Assembly (NCBI GenBank): GCA_000320545.1
Contig: ADNK01001441.1
Span: forward strand, 1-37,637
Direction of reading: 5' to 3'
Source of the DNA: Bigelowiella natans CCMP2755
Lineage: Eukaryota; Protista; Cercozoa
DNA: 37,637 nucleotides
Made by a program: the position numbers and the translations under genes. Below, piece by piece: positions 23,297-35,572 of the stretch (within the stretch, counting starts at the first letter, position 1; every line of letters starts with the position of its first letter). The notes under the pieces are model-generated. The model saw only the letters and a list, made by a program, of their open reading frames with translations. It searched no databases and was not told the DNA's origin.

Positions 23297-24046
23297 GCAA
23301 TCTGTCTTTCTATCACGTATGCGCGCGCATGTGTATGTGTTTGCATGTGCCCTGCTCCTTTGCGCACCTGTCCATTGACGTGTACAGTGACTTTCTTGTG
23401 GCGGGGTCTCAAGACCTGCCGCATGTAGGGATGGATTAGAATTTATAATTCGAATTATGGTGGCAGGTGACTCGACAGAGGACATATATCAACCGCAATA
23501 GAACCTCAGTAGTTGACAAATTGTTATCCTTTCTCTGTAACTCTCCCTCTTATCCCCCCCGCCCCCCCCCCCGCCCCCGAACCTCCATCTATCTCCACAT
23601 GCTCGCTCTTCCTCTCAGGCAACCTCTTATTTCTCAAACCCATCTCTTCACCTGAATTTTCCCGAAGCGGATGTGGAAGGGCGTGGTCGCAAACACGCCA
23701 TCGTGGTCCTTAGTCGCCACAATGTCGATCGCCCCACTCAAGGTTGCCTAAAGGTATACGTGATGCAATCAGCAGCGACATTTTTAGAGACCTGAAGGGG
23801 ACTTTGCAAGTTTTTTGCATCATAATTGTTGGAGTGACACTTCCAAGGGTGTGGTGGTGCTCCGATCACGTTCACGCCCATTTTCTCTTTCCAAAGAGAA
23901 AAGGAGAAAGATCACCACCATGATCGTCAGAAAAGGCCTCTTTCCGAACGCAAATGAGAAGGATCGACCCATACCCCCACCCCCACCTTGTTAATCTCTA
24001 GAGCATCCGAGACTGTCGACACCAACTGGCCGAACAAGTGTGTCAT
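13458..24046 (-). CDS. PAH1: Lipin/Pah1 phosphatidate phosphatase (Lipin_N, Lipin_mid-like, LNS2 HAD domain); ~18 exons, roughly 1,900 aa
   Basis: N-LIP from exons 24046-23987, 23747-23652, 23415-23368 and 23199 onward: MTHLFGQLVSTVSDALEINK|ATLSGAIDIV...TPFHIRFGKIQ|VLRPRHKKVTVHVNGQ|RVSLPMQLGKAGEAFFV. WQWGWGSLP at ~22350; PDLLLDPNL at ~19670; KSLRPS at ~17120. C-LIP: FSVTSRLQG...LYLW...IVVSDIDG|TITRSDILG (catalytic DIDGT split by intron 16261-16003), then YLTSRAIGQA, LPHGP|LIMSPD, REVIYRRPQEFK, PFAAGFGNRISD, RIFIIN, DDMFPP, FDELSFWSTPLP. Stop TGA at 13458. Confidence 0.95.
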
Positions 24047-24419
24047 CGTCACCAACGCTCAACCACCAGAAAAGGCTGATAAAGGGACGACGACGTGTGG
24101 ATGACAGAGTAGTGAGCGTCCCTCGCGTCTCCTTCCCCCTCCCAACGCACAGGGGGATGAGCTTGTTCACAGCAGTCAATGGCACGTGCCCCGACAAATT
24201 TTTATTTTATTTTTTCATCCGGTTTATTTCGCGTCTTTTTTGCCTTGCAAGGCTTTCGGAATATACGACATCGCTCCGGCCATGTCGCGAAGGAGAAACT
24301 GAATCTTCAACCCGGGAGAAGCACTGACGGAAAATGTGCTCCTTTCCGCTCTCCGGCCGTCTGCGTTTTATTACAGGAGAACCACAGTTCCGAGGCTGAG
24401 GGGATTTTCTCTGAATTGG

Positions 24420-25574
24420 ATGCGGCTGTCTTTCAGCGACAAGGACTTCAGATGTCTCCAGCTCAAAAACCATCTGGGCCGATTATTCGATGGGGGACAG
24501 CCGCAAGGGTTTGATGATGCGATGATCACCGGCTAATCGCTGCTCCCCCCCTCCCCCCTCCCCTCCTTTTCTGACCAATGAATTTTCGATAATATTTGAT
24601 ACATTTTGCCTGCATAGCCTGCTAAAATGCCAATGTTCCTCATTGCCTCACGGCCAACAACTTCGCTTCTGTCAGCCCTGCCTGATAGAAGAATTCAACG
24701 GGCGAGATCAGAGTGTGTGTTTGTGTGTGTATGTGTGTGTGCGCGCGCGTGATTAACCCTATTGCTGCGTACAGGGTCGGGTTCTGGGAAGGTTAGGAGC
24801 ATCGAAGAAGGAATCGAGAAGAAAATCCAGCTAGAGAATCAGCTTTACCTGAAAACGAAGCAGCATCGATGCCATCCGAGGTGTTGAGAAAAATGCAAAA
24901 TGCTTAGACATAATGCATTCACATGAATATCTTTTCTCCCCGTGGATGATACCCACATCGTAATGGTAGGCTCAAGGACGTGCTGTGTAGTATCTGCAGA
25001 TATAGTATTGACCCCATCGACACCTTGTCCAATTATGGAAAGTGCATAATGAGCAAAAAGGGGTGACTGATAATAGAAAGAAATCATGATGTATATAATT
25101 TCGCACGTAGTATTCTCATTATTGTTTTCGAAACTACACATAAGAAAAACACAAATACACACACACATACACACACACACACCTTTAATATAATATGTGT
25201 GGAGCGACCTTACGATCGTCTTTCTTTTCCACAAGACCTTGCTGTGTTGCCACGTGCTGTATATTCACGTCAACAATCTTCTGATATACATCTTCCTCAG
25301 TGAAGAGCCGACGACTCCATTCTTCTACTACAACCCTGGTACGTGTTAATGAATACCTAGAATGAAAGCATGAAATCCATCTCCATCAAGATACTATTGC
25401 GTATATCACGTACACCTCCGTCAACACCGCAGTAACATAGAAGTGCAACTCGAAATATTAATGCTCACCCATCCATAATCAGAGGCCGACAAACAGGAAC
25501 AGTGTATGGAAAGCAGGGGCTTGTTCAAGTATATGCCGGCAAATTCGAGCCCTCGGGTCCCTCGGCGGCCATAA
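24420..25574 (+). CDS. Small Cys/His-rich hypothetical protein (possible zinc-binding), ~7 exons
   Basis: Phase-consistent GT-AG chain: MRLSFSDKDFRC...GGQPQG|LLKCQC...RFCQPCLIEEFNGRDQ|RSGSGK...KQHRCHP|RLKDVLCSICRYSID...YGK|PCCVAT|EEPTTPFFYYNP|EADKQEQC...PRRP-TAA (25572-25574). The start and the last three exons are uncertain; no homolog recognised. Confidence 0.5.
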
Positions 25575-26551
25575 ATGAGTGATAGCATTAATCCAGAACC
25601 GGAAGGATCTAGATAGGTCCGACTGTGTTTGTGTTGGAGTTACTGTTACTGCTTGCTGTCGATCTGCTCATTATTTTAGTACTGAAGCTGAAGTCGACAA
25701 ATGCTGTTGCCCAGTCTAGCAGTGTGGTATGTTTACGTACGTCGTGTCTAGCGTGTGTGAATGTTTAATTGTGTGCGCACGAAGCTGCTAGAACAATGCT
25801 ATGTCATGGCTTTCTACTTCTCTAGTGCTACCGATGCGACCAACCACATAAGCGCGCGCGTCCGTTGTGGTGGCGATGAAAGTAATGAGTATCCAATTGT
25901 AGCGCCTGATTGTAGAAATACAAGTGCCATGCGTTCTTCGATAATACTCTTCCTTTAGATTCACGCAAAAGATTGATAAACATATCGCGTAGTGCACATG
26001 ATCACAGATTAATGAAGTATATATGCTGCACGACGCCATGTCGCTCATATATGCTATACCAAATCGCCTACGTTTGGTATTGGCAGCTAAATAAGCATAT
26101 CATTGCGCGTCCTGTGCTGATATCTTATCACTAGACTAGTCCATGCATGTTTATTACTCGTATGACATTCATTAACTGCGCTAAAATCTAGAAACTTCGA
26201 AGCTTCCTTATTTTTATTTAAATGCAAATTTAGGATAGATTTGTACAATTTTAAAACAATGCCATATAAGTACAATGACGACAGTAACCGCTACGTAAAA
26301 TAGTATTCAACAAAGAAGGAATGCCCGATCTCACAACGCCATGCTAGCATGTCACACAGTATTATCCTCCGTATACCACCCTAGCAACTGTGTAGTTTAC
26401 AGCCTGAGGCCTTCAGAAATTTCGTAGAGTTACTATCCTTGCCTTGCGCGTGTAGTGACTTTTTTATTGTTCGTTCGTGATAGTGTTGCATGCAGATCAA
26501 AGTTATGCTCTTTAGCCAGGGACGAGCTGGAATGGCTGGTGCAAAAAAACC

Positions 26552-28713
26552 CTAATTTTGAATGCAGGGCCAGCGTGGTGTCATTCGTTTGTACGAGTAG
26601 TATTGGAAGACAGTGGCAAGAACTATCAACAGCCAGAAATCGACCAAAGCATCGAGAGGGTGGTAGCGGTCGGAAGCATCATCAACTGCATCGGAATACC
26701 GGCCTCCTTGAGATAGATTAGTCACCACTGAAAATACGAGCCCGAAGAATGTTAGGGTGCACGCCACAGGGATGATGCACAAAAGCCACGTCAAACGCTG
26801 GTGAAGCTCCTGGGCCGAATTCTCTCTTCTCTTTTCCGCTTCGGACTGATACTTATTACTTCTCACCTTCGTCTTACTTTGAATAGAGCCTAGCATCTTG
26901 TCGTGGCTTTTCATTAGCACGAAGGAACCTGATTTTGCCTCCAGAGAGGTCTGTTGGGGGGGTGCGAGCGACGCTGCGGCAGCAATATGCGATCCGTCCT
27001 TTTCGAAAATCTCGTCCTCATCCTCCTTTTCCTGCTCATCCTCTCCTTTCCTTTGAGGCCCCAGACCGTCTTTACTTTGCGTTTTCTGTTTCGGCGCCCT
27101 TCCTTCCTCAGCTGCTCCTTCTCCCGTCTCCCTTGGCGTGAACAGGTTCGGATGCATCGCCTCAAAAACCCTGCGGAGGCGAGCCAGAGAGTCGACCACC
27201 ACAACCGCGATGAACAGATTTGCAAGCGCACTGGCCATGTGGCGAATAGACGCGACAGCCAACGAATCCAACACAAGGGCCGCGCACACCTACAACGTTG
27301 GCGAGTGGTGGGTTAAGGGAACGGCGGTTTCCACAGTGCGTGGCACGGTGCTTCCCATAGTTCTGCTACCGATTATCCTCCTCGCTGATCATCGTCATCA
27401 TCTTCATCATTATAATTCATCATTATCACAAGCTATCAGGGTGTAGATCCAGAAATGATTTCCCTCGAAAATGAAACCCCTAATGTGACTAGATTATTAC
27501 CGAGGACATTTGGACTGAAATAATTAACCCAACCATTATCGTGAAGGCATATTTCATGCCCTTAGGCAATGTGTCCGAGAGCTTTGCCGCGGCATGATTT
27601 ACTACTCTGAGTAAGTGGCGGTTAGCAGTTATAAAGTTGGACGGTGAATATAACTCTTTATCCCCTCCCTCCCCCCATCCCCCCCCTCTCTCTCTCTCTC
27701 ACTATCTCTGTTTCTTTCTCTCTTCCTTCCTCTCTTCTTCCCCAGGGTGCGTCGATCGTCACATATGGGAATGCTTGAATAGCTAGTTATGTGCGGTGTA
27801 TATTACAGATTGACTGACACTAATTACTTACAGCATATTGTAGCAGATAAAGAGGGCGTTGATTAGTAGGAGAAGCTATAGTTTGGTAATAATCAGCACA
27901 AGTACGTTCTTTCACAATTTATCGACATCATACATGGCTCAAAGCTTGCAGAATGATGAATTGTTGCCATCCTGAGAATCAGACATCGAGGTAAGATGTA
28001 TCAAGGCATTTACCATGGAGGTATGATGATGACAGTTGTTTTTTGAGTACCAAAATAATTCGGCTCGTGTGCACCCTGAAATAAACCCAACAACTACACT
28101 CAGAATCGTGTAAATCATCATTATATTATCTCCTTCTCTACCAGATTGAAAAAGAAGAGAACCATGGCAGTCGCGCAATTCAGCCTAGGGGAAGAGAGAA
28201 AATGTCAATATACACGTGCATAACCCTCCTTTTACGCACCAGTGAAGCCTTTTAGTGACAGGGTTATCGCATTTGGTGAAGATTTGGAGGACGTTGAAAA
28301 CCTGAGTTTCAATAACGCAATAGCATACACGAGAGAGAGAAAGACAGAAAAAAAGAAGGGAAATAAATTAGGGATGGGGGATGGGACATAATGCTTCAGC
28401 GTCGGATACAACTCTTTTTTTTTATCTTCGTATGAAGAGCCAGATAAAACAATTGTGATGGATATTTCTAATGCCATGAAGAAGAGGATGTCACTAAAGA
28501 TGGGTCTCTGGCTCTTGGATATAGTTATAAAACAGAAATTTTGAAAATCCAGGGTTTTGTGGCACCTGCATGAGACCAATGATCGAGAGCCTCACCGAAT
28601 CTGCCACACACACGGCACAAACTCATACATCCCCACCACCAGCATAATTCAGGGTGATAGGACTTAAATCGAGGGGGTATCTATTGACCTGAGTTCAGCC
28701 ACCCGGAGGACAT
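26552..28713 (-). CDS. Orphan multi-pass (probably 7TM, GPCR-like) membrane protein
   Basis: Terminal exon 27289-26552 (acceptor ttgtag|GTG) has hydrophobic helices around a long charged loop. Upstream small exons splice in phase: VFNVLQIFTKCDNPVTKRLHW|LNCATAMVLFFFNL|GAHEPNYFG|WQQFIILQALSH|LLLLINALFICYNML|VVNHAAAKLSDTLPKGMKYAFTIM. Putative start MSSGWLNS at 28713. Some junctions are unresolved. Confidence 0.65.
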
Positions 28714-28843
28714 GGTAAGGGATTGGGTGCTTCGTTTCGGGTGAGGGGTGGGAAACCAACAAGAAAGAAAAAGACCAAAGTCAAAATGAGTGCAGTGCGC
28801 GCTCTCGGAGATTGGGTGATGAGGCATCCCCAACGAAACCTCA

Positions 28844-28873
28844 GAAACCCTAGGAAACCCTAGGAAACCCTAG
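28844..28873. promoter_or_regulatory. (GAAACCCTAG)x3 telo-box-like tandem in a divergent promoter
   Basis: Three exact 10-mers, each containing AAACCCTA, lie between the start codons at 28713 (-) and 29089 (+). The regulatory role is inferred only. Confidence 0.4.
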
Positions 28874-29088
28874 GATTCCTACCCTGCGACAAGCCGAAGG
28901 ATTTGTACCAGAGACTCTCCGAGAGCCTCCGTTGACCCGAATTGGAATAATCTCGGGTTGTTATATGTCGATAAAGTTGGATGTCGCTCTGCATAGATGG
29001 AGGGCAATTCCTTCTGTCCCCGACACCGGAAGTTCCCCGCCGAATCACCCACCATCCAGCCCGGGCTGCAAGCGGCGGCCAGCAAGCA

Positions 29089-29183
29089 ATGAGCGTGGTC
29101 ACGATCCAAATGGGTGCGTGGAAGCCAACCCTTTCTCTTCTTCCTTCGTTCTAACACTGGAATGTGTGACAGAGGGAGGGAGG

Positions 29184-29222
<39 letters not shown>

Positions 29223-29528
29223 CCCGATGATGGAAGATCGCTCGAATCGCTCTCCATGAGCGCCTCACCGAAAAAGGCGACGAGCTGGCGAATTCTCCAT
29301 CGTGTGCCTTGGTTATCCCTATTTTTCTTCTTATCCTCTCTTTTCCCTCCCCCAACTACTTCCCAGGGCAGTGTGGAAATCAAGTCGGAGGCGAGTTCTT
29401 TTCCTGTAATATAGGGCATTCACACACACACACACACACAAACAAACACACACAAACACACACGAGCGAGAGAGAGATAGAGCGAGATAAAGCGAGATAC
29501 AGAGAGCTGAGAGAGAGGCAGAGAGAGC

Positions 29529-29575
<47 letters not shown>

Positions 29576-30980
29576 TTTGTATCCACTTGTGGTATATGCG
29601 AGATGGAATAGATTTCAAACCGACGCACACAAAATTTCGACAATCCCCTCCATCTCCGACACCCTCAACGTCGCCGTCGTTGTCATCACTCTCACCATGA
29701 CTGCTTTCTCAGGCATGGGGAGTGAGTGTCCGGCTAGCTTCTTCCGTCAAAGAGACGATTCGAAGCGACGCGGGAGAAAAACCTCTGTATTTTTAAGTGT
29801 AACCATCGCCAACCACTCCCCGCGTATGCTGCACATTTATCGCTTACAATGATCTCTGCTACAGCAGGCGGGTGCAGCAAGTGCCTCTCATGTAGCCCGA
29901 GCGATTCTGATCGACATGGAGCCGAAGGCCATCAATTCCACAATCACCAGAGCGTCAGCGGAAAACACGGCGAGGAGGAAGAACAAAAGAAGGGAACCCG
30001 TATCCTCCTCCTCCTCCTCCTCCTCCTCCTCCTCCTCCTCTTCGTCCGCACCGACAAGAAGCGGGTAGTCCTCATGTGTTTGGTAAAAAGGCGATGCATC
30101 TTCTTCTCGTCTCCTTCTCCTGCTTGTGTTTGTGACGGCTCAACCGCTTCAGTTCGCAAGCTACAATGCTGTTGCCATCATCGGTTGTTCTGCTGCGTGT
30201 GCGTATGTGCGCGCGCGCGTTTGTGCTTGTGTAGGTGGTGCTTCGACAAAGATGCCGCCTATTGGAAGCATTCAGGATCGGCCAACAACTGGTCGTATGG
30301 GTAATAAATTGCATGCAGAGGACAATTCTAACCGCTACTAACAACGGCGATGATGATAATGATGATGATGATGATGACGATGCGGAGACAGTGAGAAAAC
30401 CGCAACATTGTTGGTTCACAGAAATACATGTTGAATAACAGTAGAAGAAGTAGTAGTGGTAGTGCTAGTAGCGTGGTTCTGGGTGAGGAAACGAAGACTT
30501 TCATAGATAAACGGTCGCACCCTTTTTTGTGTTGTGTTGTGTGTGTGTGTGTGTGTGTGTGCGTGTGGGATGTCCACATACAAAGCTACGCGGTGCATGG
30601 CCCCTCCTCGTGCGATGCAATATTGGAATTAGCAAGGAAGCAAGTGAGTGTGTTGGTGGTGGTGCTGCTGCTGTCAAATGTTGCTTTCTACGTCTACATG
30701 TACTCGTCCTTCATTTCATTCTCCTTCGCTCCTTCCCTCCCTCCCCTTTCCCCCCCCCCCCCCCCGTCTCTCTCTCCACGAATATAACGTTTGCGGCTAG
30801 CATGAGTGCGAGTTCCGTTTTGGATGAAATTGAGGAATTGGAAGTGATTATGATGATGATGATGGTGGTGGTGGTGGTGGTAACGATGATATCCCAATAA
30901 CAACACACACAGGTGGAGCACTGTGACCACTTCAGCGGATTTTTTATCCTTAGCAGCCTTGCCGGAGGTTGATTACAGAC

Positions 30981-31035
<55 letters not shown>

Positions 31036-31141
31036 TACACACAACTGTAAGAGGAGTGCTGAATACACGAGCAACATTCTGCGTGATAATCGTCGTCCAT
31101 CATATTGTATTGTCGGAATTGTCGTCGTCGTCGTCGTCGTC

Positions 31142-31172
<31 letters not shown>

Positions 31173-31373
31173 TTTTCTCCTCAGGCACCGGCTCTGGTGT
31201 TGGCGCTTTCGTGACAGAGTTGATGCGAGATAACTATCCCAAAGCGAACCTCCTCAACCAGGTCGTTCATCATCGAGCGACTAACGACACTTGCACTCTA
31301 AGCTTTTCTAATGTTATCTCCTCCTCGTGATACGGGGGGGTTACCCTCTCTTCTACCGTCATGATTCTTTCCC

Positions 31374-31421
<48 letters not shown>

Positions 31422-31617
31422 TATATTATAGATGCTCATCATCACCATTATATTGCATTTTAGGTAGTGTGGCCGTATGATTCTGGAGACGTCATTGTAA
31501 TACTAACGCTAGGAAGGAGTTATATTGTATTATATTACCATGCCGTGAGAGTGATATGCATGCAACGACCTAATGTACTCTCCTTCATCATCGTGGATGT
31601 CATCATCATCATCATCA

Positions 31618-31653
<36 letters not shown>

Positions 31654-33185
31654 TCATCATTGCTTCCTCTCTCTCCAGGTGCAAGGCTATAACTCCATTC
31701 TCACCATGAGCCATCTGCTGAGGGTCTGCTTCGCGTTGATGACTGTTATCACTATGATATTACATTTTATTACATAGTCGTCGTACGAGACGTGATGCGA
31801 ACACATGTGCGTCCACTGCCATGTCCTCTTGCGTGTACATATTTATGCATTATGCATGGAAGTGGTGCTCTCCTTTGCGTGCGGGCTGCGTGGCCATCAT
31901 CGTCATCAACATCACCGTCATCATCGTCATCATCATCACCATCGTTATCATCATCATCATCACTATCATCACTATCATCACTACCACCATCCTCCTGTTG
32001 TGACGCATATCAGGAATCCGATGGGATCGTCTACTTCCTCAACGACCAGGTGCCTGGAAAGCAGAAGAGGAAGAAGAAGAAGAAGAAGAAGAAGAAGAAG
32101 AAGGACAACAACAACAACAACAACAACAAGAGAAAAAATGGGAGAAATGTATCCAGCACGGAGGAAGCATGTTCCCTCACCATATACAGACGCACATCGC
32201 ACGCACACAGCAGGCTGAGTCGCGTCGCAGTCGGCAACCATATCAAATCATATAAGTTCTTCTGAACAGGGGGGGCGGAGGGGGGGAAGGATTGAACGCA
32301 TGAAGCAAAAAGCGCTCCTGTGTTGCTTTGGGTCTTGTCACAACTTGGAAAAAATATGATCGATATTTCGCAGTGAATTACTTGCCGGACTTTTTCACAC
32401 GGTGGCTCCCCATATCCACGATGTCATTCCCAATCCCCCTCCTCTCCCCCCTCCTCCTTTTCCTCCTCTTTCCGTCACAACAGCTGAATGAAACGGTCAA
32501 GGTGCTCGAAAACAAGAAAAGCCCTTCCTTCACAGGTAGCTACTGCTACGAATACCCACCACTGACGACGATGATCATGATGAGGATGAGGAGGACTGTC
32601 GCGAAAAGTGCCGCACACCAAGCTGAATTCACTCTCCCTCCCCCCCCCCCCCCACCCCCTTCCCTCATCACTCGCCTGCTACTGCTAATAACCGAAGATA
32701 TGAATCGTGTCATCGCCCGAGCCATGGCGTCGGTGCTCCTTCCTGCAACCAACGCGGTGAGTCGTCTATCGGCCAGTCTCTTTGATGTCCACTACTATCA
32801 CAACTCGCACAACACCGTGTCTAATTTCCCCCAAAACAGGAGCAGCAGCAGCAGAAGATTGAAGTGAATATCACGATGTTTATTATAGGAGGACGGACGG
32901 TCCGTGCAATTCTCAGAGAGCGTCACGCATCTATTCTCTCACCCTGGGTACTACAGAAACGGGAGGGAAGGGGGGGGGGGGGGAGAGAGAGAGAGAGAAA
33001 GAGAGAGAAAAAAGGGCACATGAGAGTCGGTATGGTGAAGCACAAAGATTTGTGAGCATTGTTCTTCTAAATTGACTCTTAACGTTAGATACAAGTTCTC
33101 CACCATACGGAGGATTCCGCAGGTAGGCGACCCTCTTGCTATTATCGAGAATTAATACGCAGAAATCACACGCACACACAAAAAT

Positions 33186-33228
<43 letters not shown>

Positions 33229-33839
33229 AAGAGAGAAGACCATATTGTAGTCAACCTTATCACCACTATTTTCTAATTCTCATTATCATCATCATCTTTC
33301 AGGCTCCTAGCAGCTCGAAGCCATTCAATTCAAACACATGGAAGTAAGTAATCCTGTAACGAAAGAAAGAGACCACAGAGCCACTACTTACTAATTATCT
33401 CATCATTTTCCATCGTTGTCATCACCCGCACAAAATCCTCTGCTCATTGATGGGATCGACTTACCCCCTCCCCCTTCTCCTAGTTACCTGATGAAGCACC
33501 TCCAGCAGATGCAGATCGCTGATGGATTTATGGAGGAGAAAATCAATTGGAGAATTCGTCTTAAGAGCACCCACAGCCACCACCAGCAACACGGTGATCC
33601 CCCCCCCCCCCCACCCACTCCGCCTCTTCCTTCTCGTCCACTTTTATCCACCACCACCGCTGCTGCTATTGCTACAACAACTACTGCTACTACAACTACT
33701 ACTACTGCACCACTAATGTTGTGGATCGATCACCGTAACTCAAAGTCGATGCGACGACTACTCACAAGACACTCATCGCTGAAAAGGCTGATGATCTAGG
33801 CTGTATTTGTGCGGATGTTTTGTGTTGTAATGTTTAGTG

Positions 33840-33881
<42 letters not shown>

Positions 33882-33958
33882 CTGTAATAATACCTAATGT
33901 TCGTAGGCTCGAGGATCAACAGAGCTGTGGCCGCCATTGTTTGCTTACGAGGTGAGAA

Positions 33959-34003
<45 letters not shown>

Positions 34004-34928
34004 CATCTTATACCTAATCTTCCAATCCAACCTACTCCTCTCCTGCTGCTGCTCAATCGGCACTTTCATACACGAAAAAGGCAAAGATTCGCTATCAGCC
34101 GGCCTTAAAGAACCGTTCTTCACCTCTCCAGACATGTATCCGAGGTGCTGGAAATGCCTTCTTCCCTACCCCCCTCCCCTTTTGTTCATTGATGTCTTTG
34201 GTAGGTATTCCTTGCGTAATCCCCATGCCGTTTCTCATTCTATTTCTTCTTCTTCCCCATCATCGTGATTACCTTCATCAATCGTCACGCAACACATCAT
34301 ATTATCGATCGCCTCAGATGGTCCTTCGATCCTTTATGGAAGACGTACAGCCGCGTAAGTGCAATAGCGATGGGGAGATGGGGTGGGGGTGGGGGGGGGG
34401 GATAGATCAATTCTAACCAATCTCCTCCTCCTCCATCCTCCTCCTTCTCATCACCATCTTCTCCATGAAAATCATGCATGCCCATCATCATCCTCCCTCC
34501 TCCTACACAGAGCTGCTTCGACTCAAATGAACGCACAGCAGCTATTTGGAGGTAGTCGGGCGGCAGTGGCAGTAGCAGCAGCAGTAGCAGCAGCAGTAGT
34601 AGCAGTATATTCTCTTGTGTGTCTCCAGTTGGTGCTGCTGCCTGCAAAAAGAAGAAGAAAACGATTTCCGCAGAGCAGCGTTGTTTCATTGCTCCCTGAC
34701 GAAATCAATGATTCTCTCTTGCCTATAGCTCTCAGCAGTAGTAGTAATAGTGAGAGGAGGAATATATGATAGTGTTGTAGTAGTAGTAGTAGTAGCAGCA
34801 GCAGCAGTAGTAGCAGCCTATATATCTTCTTTGATTTTCTTTGAGCTTTTTGTTTCCCTGATCTAGCAATAGCGGGTCTATTGTAGCGCCCCTGGAGTCG
34901 GTGGTGGCCAAAGCCTGGAATAAGTTGA

Positions 34929-34959
<31 letters not shown>

Positions 34960-35572
34960 CACACACATATTTAAAAATATAAATTATATACACTCATAAC
35001 GACGATGATGCTTTAGTTCTCATGAGAGACACACAGAAGAAGAGTAAGCCGAATACACATCCATCCTCCTCCCCTCCTCGGCGACCGGGGGGGGGCATCC
35101 ATTTTCTCGTGAAATGGAATGTCCCTCAGGGAGAATATCGGTTATTTTCTCTCCCCGACAACGATGATATGAGTGTCGCCGTGCAAGACCGCCGGCAAAT
35201 TTGCCCAGATTTACAACGAAACTAAAGACCCCCCCTCCCCTCCCTCCCCCCATGCTGCCAACGCACTGCGTCTGTCAGATACTCGACGAACGCCTACATT
35301 CATCACTACGCCAAGCACGGAATCACCGACACTCACTTTGAGCGGTAAATGTCCCTCGTGTGCATATGCTACTCATGCCCCCCCCCCTCCCCCCTCCCCC
35401 TCCCTGGATAAACTGAACGTTTTTCGATGGCTATGTTTCCTTTCATCATTGTCTGGGATCTCTGGTCTCATCACTCTCTTACCCACATACGTCTATGCTC
35501 TGTGCTAGAGGCTTTGCGACGCTGGAACAAGCCATAAGCGACTACAGGAAGCTAGGAGGAGTAAGTGGATGA
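29089..35572 (+). CDS. TUBD1: Delta-tubulin, 25 exons, ~480 aa
   Basis: Exons 29089-29113, 29367-29405, 29713-29786, 29865-30064, 30235-30300, 30586-30643, 30913-30967, 31185-31261, 31464-31496, 31679-31723, 32014-32049, 32484-32535, 32698-32756, 32889-32947, 33089-33122, 33303-33343, 33484-33593, 33907-33951, 34081-34135, 34205-34229, 34318-34344, 34511-34551, 34867-34923, 35279-35344 and 35509-35572 total 1443 nt, all GT-AG and in frame. Motifs: MSVVTIQMGQCGNQVG, ARAILIDMEPK, GSANNWSYGYAVHGP, SLAGGTGSG, WPYDSGDVIVQGYNSILT, LMKHLQQMQI..MEE, SNSGSIVAPL..KAW..AYIHHYAKHG. DMEPK, VHGP and WPY..G.VIVQ.YN are delta-type. Confidence 0.95.

Noticed and set aside
28844-28873. Interstitial telomere or chromosome end
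   Set aside because: Only three 10-bp units, with genes on both sides.
32840-32863. Extra delta-tubulin micro-exon EQQQQKIE
   Set aside because: It has AG/GT flanks but would leave a 25-nt downstream intron and is not needed for homology. Unsupported without RNA data.
35173-35508. 111-aa + ORF with a hydrophobic end, as a separate gene
   Set aside because: It overlaps delta-tubulin exon 24 in another frame, plus the flanking introns.
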